A stretch of DNA of 32,000 nucleotides from Candidatus Saccharimonadota bacterium (GTDB lineage Bacteria > Bacteroidota > Bacteroidia > Flavobacteriales > Blattabacteriaceae): assembly GCA_029851085.1 (NCBI GenBank), contig CP100318.1, positions 180,001 through 212,000 of the forward strand, read 5' to 3'. Under the pieces are notes generated by a model. That model was given only the letters and a program-made list of their open reading frames with translations, did no database searches and had not been told where the DNA came from. Below, piece after piece: positions 17,925-27,922 of the stretch. Positions within the stretch are counted from its first letter, which is position 1; each line of letters starts with the position of its first letter. The position numbers and the translations under genes were made by a program.

Positions 17925-20336
17925 TTACACAAAGTTTTTATTTTCAAGATTTTTTAATATTTCTATAGATCTTTTTATTATTTCAGATGGCATTCCTGCT
18001 ATTTTAGCAACATTAATACCAAAACTGTGTGTACTACCCCCAGTAATTAATTTTCTTAAAAAAATAATATTACCATTTATTTCTTTAATAGAAACATTAT
18101 AATTTTTAATTCTATCAAATAATAACATCATTTTATTGAGTTCATGATAATGAGTTGCAAATAATGTTTTAGGTCTATTTATATGTTTATGTAAATATTC
18201 AATAATAGCCCAAGCAATTGAAATACCATCATAAGTGCTAGTTCCTCTACCTATTTCATCTAAAATTATTAAACTTCTGTTAGAAATATTATTCAGAATA
18301 CCAGCAGTTTCAGTCATTTCGACCATAAAAGTAGATTCTCCAAGAGAAATATTATCTGAAGCTCCTACTCTACTAAATATTCTATCTATTAACCCAATTT
18401 TAGCATATTTAGCTGGTACATAACTACCTATATGTGCCATTAATACAATTATAGCAGTTTGACGTAAAATAGCTGATTTTCCTGACATATTGGGTCCAGT
18501 AATTATAATTATTTGTTGATCTTTTGTATTAAGAAGAATATTATTAGGAATATATGAATCTCCTATAGGAATTTGTTTTTCTATCACAGGATGTCTACCT
18601 TCTTTTATACATATATCAAAAGATTTATCTAAAATAGGTTTATTGTAATTATTTTCTTTTGCACAAATAGAAAAAGAATGTAAAACATCTATAATAGCAA
18701 TTAATTTTGCATTGTATTGTAAATATTTTATATAATTTGAAATGAATTGTATTAATTTTTTAAATAATTGTATTTCTAATATTATAATTTTTTTTTCTGC
18801 ACCTAAAATTTGTAATTCATAATTTTTTAATTCTTCATTTACATAACGTTCAGAACCGACTAAAGTTTGTTTTCGTATCCAATTTGAAGGAACTTTATTT
18901 TTATAAGCATTTCTTATTTCAAAAAAATATCCCAATATATTATTATAATATATTTTAATATTATTTATACCTGTACGTATTTGTTCTTTTTTACATAATT
19001 TTATTAAATAGTCTTTATTAGAAGATACAATATCACGTAATTCATCTAAATGTTGAGAGACTCCCCTAGCAATAATATTTACCTTATTTATGTGATAATC
19101 ATCATTTAATGTATTAATAATATGATTCCGTATTAGATCACAATTTTGTAGTTTATTACTAAATAATTTTAAGAAATTAGATTCAGATTTTAAAAAAAAA
19201 TTTTTAATTTTGTTTATTATTTCTAATGAATTTGATAATGTTATTACTTCACGTGGATTTATTTTTGCTGTAGCTACTTTAGAAATTAAACGTTCTATAT
19301 CTGATATTTGTTTTAAATTTTTTGATAAAAAAATAGATATATCATTATTATTTAATAATTCTGTTACAAAATTTTGTCTTTTAATAATTGATTCTATTTC
19401 TTTTAAAGGAAAATTTATCCAACGTTTTAATAATCTAGATCCCATTGGGGTTATAGTTTTATCTAAAATTGATATTAATGATACACCATTATTTCTTATA
19501 GATTTATTTATTTCGAGATTACGTATTGTAAAATCATCTATCCACATATATTGATATTCATCCATTTTACGAATAGATGTAATATGTTCAATATTATTAT
19601 GACAAGTATTATATAAATAATATAATATTACACCAGCTGCAATAATTCCTAATTTTAAATTTTCTATTTTAAAACATTTAAGTGATTTTATTTTAAAATG
19701 ACTAATTAATTTTTCATATGAAGAATCATATTCAAAGTACCAATCATCTATAGCATAGACATAAAAATCTTTTTTAAAAAGTTTTTCAATAATTTTGTAT
19801 TGTTTTTTTGGATAAATTATTTCACTAGGATTTATACGTTGAACAATATTATTAGTATTATCAATATTGCATTCTGTGATAAAAAATTCTCCAGTAGAAA
19901 TATCTAAAAATGCTAAACCTATGTTTTTATTTTCTATATGTATAGCTGTTAAAAAATTATTATATCTAACATGTAATACCTTATCATTTAAGTTAACACC
20001 AGGAGTTATCAATTCAGTAACTCCTCTTTTTACTAAATTTTGAGTTTTATTATTAGAATCTTCTAATTGATCACAAATAGCTACTCGCATCCCTGCTTTA
20101 ATCAATTTATATAAATAATTATCCAATGCATGATATGGAAATCCTGCTAAATAAATATCATTTTTTGATCCAGGATAACGTTTTGTTAAAGCAATATCAA
20201 GTAATTCTGAACATTTAATAGCATCTTGTCCAAAAGTTTCATAAAAATCACCTACTCTAAATAATAATATAGCATCTTTATATTTTTCTTTAATATTATT
20301 ATATTGTTTCATTAATGGTGTAATATGTTTCTTCAA
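17925..20336 (-). CDS. mutS: DNA mismatch repair protein MutS
   Basis: 803 aa. The N-terminal mismatch-binding region reads TPLMKQYNNIK...GDFYETF, Walker A is GPNMSGKS, and the motifs DEIGRGTSTYDG and FATHYHEL are present. Confidence 0.95.
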   Translation of the reverse strand: MKKHITPLMKQYNNIKEKYKDAILLFRVGDFYETFGQDAIKCSELLDIALTKRYPGSKNDIYLAGFPYHALDNYLYKLIKAGMRVAICDQLEDSNNKTQNLVKRGVTELITPGVNLNDKVLHVRYNNFLTAIHIENKNIGLAFLDISTGEFFITECNIDNTNNIVQRINPSEIIYPKKQYKIIEKLFKKDFYVYAIDDWYFEYDSSYEKLISHFKIKSLKCFKIENLKLGIIAAGVILYYLYNTCHNNIEHITSIRKMDEYQYMWIDDFTIRNLEINKSIRNNGVSLISILDKTITPMGSRLLKRWINFPLKEIESIIKRQNFVTELLNNNDISIFLSKNLKQISDIERLISKVATAKINPREVITLSNSLEIINKIKNFFLKSESNFLKLFSNKLQNCDLIRNHIINTLNDDYHINKVNIIARGVSQHLDELRDIVSSNKDYLIKLCKKEQIRTGINNIKIYYNNILGYFFEIRNAYKNKVPSNWIRKQTLVGSERYVNEELKNYELQILGAEKKIIILEIQLFKKLIQFISNYIKYLQYNAKLIAIIDVLHSFSICAKENNYNKPILDKSFDICIKEGRHPVIEKQIPIGDSYIPNNILLNTKDQQIIIITGPNMSGKSAILRQTAIIVLMAHIGSYVPAKYAKIGLIDRIFSRVGASDNISLGESTFMVEMTETAGILNNISNRSLIILDEIGRGTSTYDGISIAWAIIEYLHKHINRPKTLFATHYHELNKMMLLFDRIKNYNVSIKEINGNIIFLRKLITGGSTHSFGINVAKIAGMPSEIIKRSIEILKNLENKNFV

Positions 20337-20378
20337 ATTAAAATATGTTTTAAATTGTGTATAAATTAAATAAAATAA

Positions 20379-22025
20379 ATGAAAAATATTATTAAATATG
20401 CCTTTTGCACAATATTAACAATATTAGGATTAATATTTTTATTAAATATAATTTATAATAAGAAAATTAAATTTTATAAAAATAATGTATTACAAATTAA
20501 TAGTAATATTGATAATCTTTTAAATACTATTGAAGCTATAAAATATGCTCAAACAGATAAAAATATTAAAGGAATTATTTTTGAAGCAGATTCAAATCTA
20601 ATTGGAAGTATTTCTAATATAAAAAATATAAGAGATGCATTAAAGGAATTTAAGAAATCAAAAAAATTTATATATTCATATGGCAATAATATTTCTCAAT
20701 CAGCATATTATTTATGTTCAGTAGCTGATTTAATATTTTTAAATCCATTAGGACAGGTAAATATTAAAGGTCTTAGTTTAGAACAAACTTTTTATAAAAA
20801 ATTAATAAAAAAAATAGGAGCAAAATTTTACATATTTAGACATGGAAAATATAAATCTGCTGTTGAACCATTTTTATATACTAAAATTAGTAATGAAAAT
20901 CGTGAACAATATACAAAATTATTAAATTATATTTGGAATTTTATAGTTAATGATATTAGTGAATCACGTCATTTAAGTAAAAAAACTATTAATTTAATAA
21001 CTAATGAACTTTATGGAATAAATACAGAATTATCATATAAATATAAAATTATAGATAAAATAGCATATTATGATGAATTCATCGATGCTATAAAAAATAA
21101 ATTAAAATCAAATAATATAAATTTTATATCAATAAAAGATTATTTAAAATTTTTATCTAAACAAAAAAAGACTCATAAAAATAAAATTGCAATAATTTAC
21201 GCTTCAGGTTTAATAAAACAAGGTGTAGGTACTACAGATATTCAAGATAAAAATTATGAATTTATTATAAATAATATAATAAATGACAAATCAATAAAAT
21301 CTGTTGTATTACGAATAAATTCTACAGGTGGAGATGCTATTGCTTCAGATAATATTTTTCATAAATTAATTCTTTTAAAAAGAAAAAAACCATTAATTGT
21401 TTCAGTTGGAGATTACGCAACATCAGGTGGCTATTATATAGCTTTAGCCGGGGATAAAATTATAGCTTCTCCTATTAGTATTACAGGATCTATAGGAGTA
21501 TTTGGAATGATGGTTACATTTAAAGGATTGATTGATAAATTAGGTCTTACAAAGGATAATATAGTTACTAATAATAATAGTATACCAATTTCTTTAAATA
21601 ATATTAAAAAGCAATATAAAAATATAATATTTAAAAATATTGAATTTATTTATGATAAATTTATATCAAATGTATCTAAAGAAAGAAAAATATCAAAATA
21701 TAAAATTAATGAAATAGCACAAGGAAAAATATTATCTGGAAATGAGGCTTTAAAAAAAGGATTAATTGATTCTTTAGGTAGTTTAAATGATGCAATAAAA
21801 ATTGCTGCAAAAATAGTAAATATAAAAGACTATTCAATTGTAAATTTTCCGATAAAAAAAGAATCATTTATTAAAATGATAATTAATAAATTTTTTTTGA
21901 AAAATAATAATAAAGATTATAACAATTTATTATATATAATAGATAATTTAAAAAATTTATTATATATAATATCCTTAAAAGATGATATTAAATATTACAC
22001 TTATACTAATATAAGTATTAAATAA
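20379..22025 (+). CDS. sppA: Signal peptide peptidase SppA (67K type, protease IV)
   Basis: 548 aa with an N-terminal TM segment and two ClpP/crotonase-like S49 domains. The second domain carries the catalytic-serine context GDYATSGGYYIA. The C-terminal ~40 aa are built from repeats. Confidence 0.8.
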   Translation: MKNIIKYAFCTILTILGLIFLLNIIYNKKIKFYKNNVLQINSNIDNLLNTIEAIKYAQTDKNIKGIIFEADSNLIGSISNIKNIRDALKEFKKSKKFIYSYGNNISQSAYYLCSVADLIFLNPLGQVNIKGLSLEQTFYKKLIKKIGAKFYIFRHGKYKSAVEPFLYTKISNENREQYTKLLNYIWNFIVNDISESRHLSKKTINLITNELYGINTELSYKYKIIDKIAYYDEFIDAIKNKLKSNNINFISIKDYLKFLSKQKKTHKNKIAIIYASGLIKQGVGTTDIQDKNYEFIINNIINDKSIKSVVLRINSTGGDAIASDNIFHKLILLKRKKPLIVSVGDYATSGGYYIALAGDKIIASPISITGSIGVFGMMVTFKGLIDKLGLTKDNIVTNNNSIPISLNNIKKQYKNIIFKNIEFIYDKFISNVSKERKISKYKINEIAQGKILSGNEALKKGLIDSLGSLNDAIKIAAKIVNIKDYSIVNFPIKKESFIKMIINKFFLKNNNKDYNNLLYIIDNLKNLLYIISLKDDIKYYTYTNISIK

Positions 22026-22099
22026 ATTTATTATATATAATATCCTTAAAAGATGATATTAAATATTACACTTATACTAATAAGTGTAAGTATTAAATA
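21924..22099 (+). repeat. Tandem duplication spanning the sppA stop codon (30-bp in-frame repeat, then 71-bp period)
   Basis: aatttattatatataata occurs at 21924, 21954 and 22025. A 58-bp exact match links 21954-22011 and 22025-22082, and the sppA stop (22023-22025) sits at the copy junction. Confidence 0.9.
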
Positions 22100-22108
22100 T
22101 TAAAATTA

Positions 22109-23269
22109 TTATTTAAATATATTATTAATTTTTTTAGATATTATGTATTTATCTAATTTTAAAAAATTATTTAATGAATCAATTTCAAACATAAAATCTT
22201 TAAATATATATTCACAAAGTGTACGTAATCCTCTGGCTCCTAATCCTAGACTTAAAGCTTTATTTACAATTTCTTCAATACCGTCATCTGTAATTTCTAA
22301 AGTAATACCATCCATTTTAAACAAATTTTTATATTGTTTAATTAAGGAATTTTTAGGTTCAAGAAGAATTCTTTTCATAGAAATCTTATTTAAAGGATGT
22401 AAATAAGTAATAATTGGTAATCTTCCTATTAATTCAGGAATTAACCCGAAAGTACGAAGATCATGTGATATTACCATATTTAAAATATTTTCTGTTTTAA
22501 CTTTTTTTGGAATATTTTGTTTATACCCTAGATGTGACATATTTAATCTATTAGCAATAATTTTTTCTAAACCTTCAAATGCTCCTGAAGCTATAAATAA
22601 AATATTTTTAGTATTTATTGTTATCATTTTTTGCTCTGGATGTTTTCTTCCTCCTTGGGGAGGAACATTAACAATAGATCCTTCTAATATTTTAAGTAAA
22701 GCTTGTTGAACACCTTCTCCTGAAACATCTCTAGTAATTGAAGGATTATCTACTTTTCTTGAAATTTTATCTATTTCATCAATAAATACAATTCCTTGTT
22801 CAGCTTTATATATATTAAAATTAGCGGATTGTAATAAATGAGTTAATATACTTTCTACATCTTCTCCTACATAACCTGCTTCAGTAAGTCCTGTTGCATC
22901 TACAATAACAAATGGAATATCTAAAAATTTAGAAATACTACGAGCAAGTAAAGTTTTTCCAATTCCAGTATTTCCTATCATAAGAATATTAGATTTTTCT
23001 ATTTCTACTTCTTTATCATGATAAGAAATTCGTTTATAATGATTATAAACAGCTACAGAAAGTGTTTTTTTAGCTTCTTCTTGATCAATTACATATTGAT
23101 CTAAAAAAGATTTTATATCTTTTGGTTTTTTATTATTAATGTTTACAGTTATTTTTTTATTAAAAACTTTTGTATTATGTATATTAATACATATATCACA
23201 TATATAAATTCCAATTGATGTTTCTTTTTTTTTTCTACCACAAAATGCACACATTAAATCTTTTTCCAT
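22109..23269 (-). CDS. clpX: ATP-dependent Clp protease ATP-binding subunit ClpX
   Basis: 386 aa. The N-terminal zinc ribbon is CAFCGRKK...CDICI, Walker A is GNTGIGKT, and the IGF-type loop is represented by HLGYK. The motif SGEGVQQALLKILEG is present. Confidence 0.95.
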   Translation of the reverse strand: MEKDLMCAFCGRKKKETSIGIYICDICINIHNTKVFNKKITVNINNKKPKDIKSFLDQYVIDQEEAKKTLSVAVYNHYKRISYHDKEVEIEKSNILMIGNTGIGKTLLARSISKFLDIPFVIVDATGLTEAGYVGEDVESILTHLLQSANFNIYKAEQGIVFIDEIDKISRKVDNPSITRDVSGEGVQQALLKILEGSIVNVPPQGGRKHPEQKMITINTKNILFIASGAFEGLEKIIANRLNMSHLGYKQNIPKKVKTENILNMVISHDLRTFGLIPELIGRLPIITYLHPLNKISMKRILLEPKNSLIKQYKNLFKMDGITLEITDDGIEEIVNKALSLGLGARGLRTLCEYIFKDFMFEIDSLNNFLKLDKYIISKKINNIFK

Positions 23270-23278
23270 AAAAAAAAA

Positions 23279-23929
23279 TTATTTTTTGTGACTTAAAACT
23301 TCATCAATCATACCATATGATAAAGCTTCTTGTGAAGACATCCAACGATCTCTATCAGAATCTTTTTCAATTTTTTTAATTGATTGTCCAGTATGATTGC
23401 TAATTATAGCACATAATTCTTTTTTTATTTTTAAAATTTCTCTTGCTGTTATTTCAATATCAGATGCTTGTCCTTGTACTCCTCCTAAAGGTTGATGAAT
23501 CATTACTCTTGAATGTTTTAATCCTGAACGTTTTCCTTTAGTACCAGCACATAGTAAAATAGCAGCCATAGAAGCAGCTACACCAGTACATATTGTAGCA
23601 ATATTAGGTTTAATCATTTGCATTGTATCATATATACCTAAACCTCCATAAACACTTCCTCCAGGAGAGTTAATATAAATATATATATCTCTATTATCAA
23701 TTGATTCTAAATATAATAATTGTGCTTGTACTATATTAGCAATATGATCATTTATAACTGTCCCTATAAAAATAATTCTATTCATCATTAATCTAGAAAA
23801 AACATCAATTTGAGCTACATTTAATTTTCGTTCTTCCATAATATATGGAGTCATAGAAGCAATATATTTATCAAATATTAAATCATTGATACCTGAATTA
23901 TATTTTTTTAATTCTTTGAATTGATACAT
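23279..23929 (-). CDS. clpP: ATP-dependent Clp protease proteolytic subunit ClpP
   Basis: 216 aa with catalytic-triad contexts GVAASMAA (Ser), MIHQPLGG (His) and SDRDRWM (Asp). It lies upstream of clpX in the classical clpP-clpX order. Confidence 0.95.
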   Translation of the reverse strand: MYQFKELKKYNSGINDLIFDKYIASMTPYIMEERKLNVAQIDVFSRLMMNRIIFIGTVINDHIANIVQAQLLYLESIDNRDIYIYINSPGGSVYGGLGIYDTMQMIKPNIATICTGVAASMAAILLCAGTKGKRSGLKHSRVMIHQPLGGVQGQASDIEITAREILKIKKELCAIISNHTGQSIKKIEKDSDRDRWMSSQEALSYGMIDEVLSHKK

Positions 23930-23987
23930 TAGTGTTTATAAATTTAATATATTAAAGTTAATAAACTTTTATTAAAAAAAATTTATT

Positions 23988-25466
23988 TTGTATAAACAAT
24001 TATTAAATCAAATTTTTACATTTGGATTAGGAACTGTTTTCCCTAAAATAATTAATTATTTTTTGTTAAAATCTTTGACTAAGACTTTAAATTCATATGA
24101 ATTTTCCATTTATACTGACATGTATGCTATGTCATGTATAATTATTGTATTTTTAACTTTAGGATTAGAAAGTTCTTATTTTCGTTTTTTATATAAACGA
24201 AAAATTCATGATAAAAAAAAAATATTTTCAAGTGGAGTAATTATATTATTTATACTTTCATTATTATTTATAATAATAGGTATAATTTTATTCAAACCAA
24301 TAATTAGTTTAATAAATTATAAAAATCATTCCGAATATTTAATAATGTTTTTAATTATAATATTTCTTGATACTATTTGCATATTACCTATGGCTTGGTT
24401 ACGAATACATAATATAGCTATTAAATATTTATTAATACGCATATTAAATGTAGTTTTACAAGCTGTAATTATAATGTATATGTTCTATCCCATAGATAAT
24501 TATCTTATAAAGAATATTTTTAACATTATTTTATTTCCGTTAAATTTTTTTGTAAAAAATATAAATAATGCATCTTATATATTTTATGCAAATGTGATAT
24601 CATCATTATCAAATTTTATTTTATTGATTCCAATTTTTTTAAAAGTAAAAATAAAAAAATTTGATATTGTTTTAGCATTTAAAATGATAACATATGGAGT
24701 ACCTATAATGTTAAGTACTTTAGCTTTTGCTATTAATGAAAATATAGATAAAATAATAATTAAAAGATATTTTTCTGATGAAATTAATAGTGCATATGCC
24801 GCTTGTTATCGTATTTCAACTTTTATGCATCTTTATAATGCAATTTTTCGTTTAGGTTTAGAACCTTTTATGTTAAAAAAAGCTGAAGAGGCTAATATTA
24901 AAAATATTTATGTACAAATAAATTATTTTTTGACTGTATTAGGAATAATAATATATGTATTTATATGTAGTAATATTGATTTTATCGCTAGTAAAATGAT
25001 AGATGTTAAATATCACAAAGCATTATTAATAGTACCAATTGCAACTCTGTCAAATTTGTTTTTTGGAATTTATAATAATTTATCTATTTATTATAAAGCA
25101 TTTGATAAACCAATGATAGGAACATATATATCTATTTTAGGTATGTTAATAACATTATTATATAATATAATAATATTACCATTATCTGGATCAAATTTTA
25201 TTATCTGTTCTGGTGCTAATTTAGTTTCATATGGAAGTATGTTATTATGTTCATATATTTGTATAAATAAAATATATTATATTTCTTTTAATAAGAAAAA
25301 GATTTTAATTCATTTTATATTAGCAATATTAATTGTTATATTATTATATAATAAAAAAAAATTAAGATTGATTGGTCAAATAATATACTTTTTAAGTATA
25401 TTATTAATTGAATATAAAAACATATTTTTTTTGTTTAAAAAAATAAAAAACAAAAATTACCTATGA
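23988..25466 (+). CDS. MOP-superfamily flippase (Wzx / polysaccharide biosynthesis protein family)
   Basis: 492 aa with a TTG start and about 12-14 predicted TM helices. The N-terminus [16 protein letters not shown] and the overall architecture are typical of polysaccharide/oligosaccharide flippases. The substrate cannot be inferred. Confidence 0.55.
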   Translation: MYKQLLNQIFTFGLGTVFPKIINYFLLKSLTKTLNSYEFSIYTDMYAMSCIIIVFLTLGLESSYFRFLYKRKIHDKKKIFSSGVIILFILSLLFIIIGIILFKPIISLINYKNHSEYLIMFLIIIFLDTICILPMAWLRIHNIAIKYLLIRILNVVLQAVIIMYMFYPIDNYLIKNIFNIILFPLNFFVKNINNASYIFYANVISSLSNFILLIPIFLKVKIKKFDIVLAFKMITYGVPIMLSTLAFAINENIDKIIIKRYFSDEINSAYAACYRISTFMHLYNAIFRLGLEPFMLKKAEEANIKNIYVQINYFLTVLGIIIYVFICSNIDFIASKMIDVKYHKALLIVPIATLSNLFFGIYNNLSIYYKAFDKPMIGTYISILGMLITLLYNIIILPLSGSNFIICSGANLVSYGSMLLCSYICINKIYYISFNKKKILIHFILAILIVILLYNKKKLRLIGQIIYFLSILLIEYKNIFFLFKKIKNKNYL

Positions 25467-25795
25467 TAATAATATTAGGGACTTTTGGCACTACTGAAAT
25501 AATAGTAATTGTTATTCTTGCTCTTTTACTTTTTGGAGGAAAAAAAATTCCTGAATTAATGAAAGGATTGGGTGTAGGATTAAAAGAATTTAAAAAAGCT
25601 ACATCTTCTGATGATAATGTAGAATCTACTGATATACAAGATATACAAGATATACAAGATAAGATATCAGATAAGATATCAGATAATAAACAAGATAATA
25701 TATCAGATAATAAACAAGATAAGATATCAGATAATAAACAAGATAATATATCAGATAATAAACAAGATAATATATCAGATAATATATCAAGATAA
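25463..25795 (+). CDS. tatA: Twin-arginine translocase subunit TatA/E with a repeat-expanded acidic C-terminal tail
   Basis: 110 aa. The TM segment plus amphipathic helix read [38 protein letters not shown]. An ATGA overlap with the flippase stop suggests translational coupling. Confidence 0.85.
   Translation: MIIILGTFGTTEIIVIVILALLLFGGKKIPELMKGLGVGLKEFKKATSSDDNVESTDIQDIQDIQDKISDKISDNKQDNISDNKQDKISDNKQDNISDNKQDNISDNISR
25631..25789 (+). repeat. Nested in-frame repeats in the tatA tail (9 bp x3, 12 bp x2, 24 bp x4, plus a 12-bp part)
   Basis: gatatacaa x3 encodes DIQ x3, and gataagatatca x2 encodes DKIS x2. gataataaacaagata[at/ag]atatca x4 encodes DNKQD[N/K]IS, followed by gataatatatca. Confidence 0.95.
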
Positions 25796-25821
25796 TATAT
25801 CATCTAATATATCTAGATATC

Positions 25822-25872
25822 AGATAAGATATCAGATATCTTATATATCAGATAAGATATCAGATATCTTAG
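25822..25872. terminator. Two copies of an inverted repeat made from the tatA repeat word, in the convergent tatA / clpC-like spacer (candidate bidirectional terminators)
   Basis: The first is ataagatatc-a-gatatcttat (25824-25844) and the second is taagatatc-a-gatatctta (25853-25871). Both begin with the coding-repeat word cagataagatatca. There is no clean T-run, so terminator function is an inference. Confidence 0.4.
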
Positions 25873-25876
25873 ATAA

Positions 25877-27901
25877 TTATTTATTAATAATTAATTTTAA
25901 TTTATCTTTTTTAAGATTAAAGGATAATTTATCTCCAATTTTAATTTGATTATCAATAATTTTTTCTGCTATAGGATTTTCTATATAATTATATAGAACT
26001 CTTTTCAGGTTACGTGCTCCATAATTTTTATTATAACCTTTTTTAAGTAAAAATTTTTTAATATTAGAAGATAAATTTAATTCATATCCTAATTTATGTA
26101 TACGATTAATTAATTTTTCTAATTCTAGATTAATTATTTCATAAATGTGTTTTTCTTCCAAAGAATTAAATATTATTATCTCATCTATACGATTTAAAAA
26201 TTCATTTGAAAAAGTACGTTTTAATGTATTTTCTATTATAATAGAATTAATTTTTAATTGATTTATTTCATAATTTGTTTCATATCCTAATTCTTTTGAT
26301 TCTCTAATACCTAGATTAGAAGTTAATATAAATATTGTATTTTGAAAAAATACTTTATTACCAGAGCTATCAGTTATAAAACCGTCATCAAATATCTGTA
26401 ATAATAAATTACAAATTTCTGTATGTGCTTTATCTATTTCATCTAATAATATAAGAGCATAAGGTTTACGACGTATAATTTCAGTTAATTGTCCTCCCTC
26501 CTCATAACCTATATAACCAGGTGGAGCTCCTAATAGTCTAGAAACAGAAAATTTTTCCATATATTCACTCATATCAATACGTACAAAAGCATCATATGTA
26601 TCAAAAAATTCATTAGCAATTATTTTAGCTAAATGAGTTTTTCCAACACCAGTATCACCTATAAAAAGAAAAGAACCTATAGGACGATTAGGATCTTTTA
26701 ATCCAACTATATTTCTTTTAATAGCTTTAACTATTTTTTCAATAGCTTGATCTTGTCCAATAATTTGTTTTTTTATTTTTTTAGTTAAATTTAAAATTTT
26801 TTTATTTTCATTTGTTTTTCGTCCAATTGGAATACCACTTATTGTTGATACTACTTCAGCTATATCTTGTTTTACAACAATTTCTTTAGTTTCTCTAGAA
26901 ATTTTATCCCATAAATCTTGAGCCTTATATAATTCTTGTTCTATACATTTTTCATTATCACGTAAACGTGCTGCTTCTTCATAATTTTGGTTTTTTACTA
27001 CTTGATATTTTTTATTACGAATATCATTAAGTTTTTTTTCTAAATTAATAATTTCTGATGAAACTTTAAAATTTTTAATATGTACATGTGATCCAGCTTC
27101 ATCCATTGCATCAATAGCTTTATCTGGTAAATTACGATCAGTTATATATCTAGAACTAAGATAGACACATGCTTTTATAGCTTCATCAGTATATATTACA
27201 TTATGATGTTTTTGATATTTGTCTTTTATTTCATTAAGTATTTTAATAGTTTCTACTTCAGTAGTAGGTTCTATTAATATTTTTTGAAATCTACGTGCTA
27301 ATGCACCATCTTTTTCTATATATTGTTTATATTCATTTAAAGTAGTAGCACCAATACATTTAATTTCTCCTTTAGCTAAAGCTGGTTTCAATATATTAGA
27401 AGCGTCTAAAGAACCTGTAGTACCACCTGCACCTATTAATGTATGAATTTCATCTATGAAAATAATAATATTTGGATTTTTTTGTAATTCATTTAATATA
27501 GCTATAGCTCTTTCTTCAAATTGACCTCTATATTTAGTGCCAGAAACTATATCAGATATATTTAAAGTAATAACCCTTTTATTATATAATACTCTTGATA
27601 CTTGACGTTTTATTATACGAACAGCTAATCCTTCTGCTATAGCTGATTTTCCAACACCTGGTTCTCCTATAAGTAATGGATTATTTTTTTTTCTCCTACT
27701 TAAAATTTGAGATACACGTTCTATTTCTTTGTCACGGCCTATTAAAGAATCTAATTTACCTTCTAAAGCCATCATAGTTAAATCTTGTGAAAAATTATCT
27801 AATATAGGGGTCTTATCTGTTTTTCTAAACATATTAGTTTTTCCAGATAAATTATCTGATTCTCCTATATAATTAATATTTTCAAAATGTTCATCTAACA
27901 T
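25877..27901 (-). CDS. ClpC/ClpB-family double AAA+ chaperone-ATPase lacking the N-terminal Clp_N domain
   Basis: 674 aa. Walker A of D1 is GEPGVGKS and of D2 is GDTGVGKT. The short middle region has the UVR-like motif YEEAARLRDNE, which is ClpC-like rather than the long ClpB coiled coil. Only about 55 aa precede the conserved LIGRDKEIERV segment. Confidence 0.85.
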   Translation of the reverse strand: MLDEHFENINYIGESDNLSGKTNMFRKTDKTPILDNFSQDLTMMALEGKLDSLIGRDKEIERVSQILSRRKKNNPLLIGEPGVGKSAIAEGLAVRIIKRQVSRVLYNKRVITLNISDIVSGTKYRGQFEERAIAILNELQKNPNIIIFIDEIHTLIGAGGTTGSLDASNILKPALAKGEIKCIGATTLNEYKQYIEKDGALARRFQKILIEPTTEVETIKILNEIKDKYQKHHNVIYTDEAIKACVYLSSRYITDRNLPDKAIDAMDEAGSHVHIKNFKVSSEIINLEKKLNDIRNKKYQVVKNQNYEEAARLRDNEKCIEQELYKAQDLWDKISRETKEIVVKQDIAEVVSTISGIPIGRKTNENKKILNLTKKIKKQIIGQDQAIEKIVKAIKRNIVGLKDPNRPIGSFLFIGDTGVGKTHLAKIIANEFFDTYDAFVRIDMSEYMEKFSVSRLLGAPPGYIGYEEGGQLTEIIRRKPYALILLDEIDKAHTEICNLLLQIFDDGFITDSSGNKVFFQNTIFILTSNLGIRESKELGYETNYEINQLKINSIIIENTLKRTFSNEFLNRIDEIIIFNSLEEKHIYEIINLELEKLINRIHKLGYELNLSSNIKKFLLKKGYNKNYGARNLKRVLYNYIENPIAEKIIDNQIKIGDKLSFNLKKDKLKLIINK

Positions 27902-27922
27902 ATTTAAATATATATTTAAGTA

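Noticed and set aside
25435-25803. 122-aa minus-strand ORF ([15 protein letters not shown]...)
   Set aside because: It is the antisense shadow of the tatA tail repeats and the TatA core. The plus-strand TatA reading has a clear family signature.
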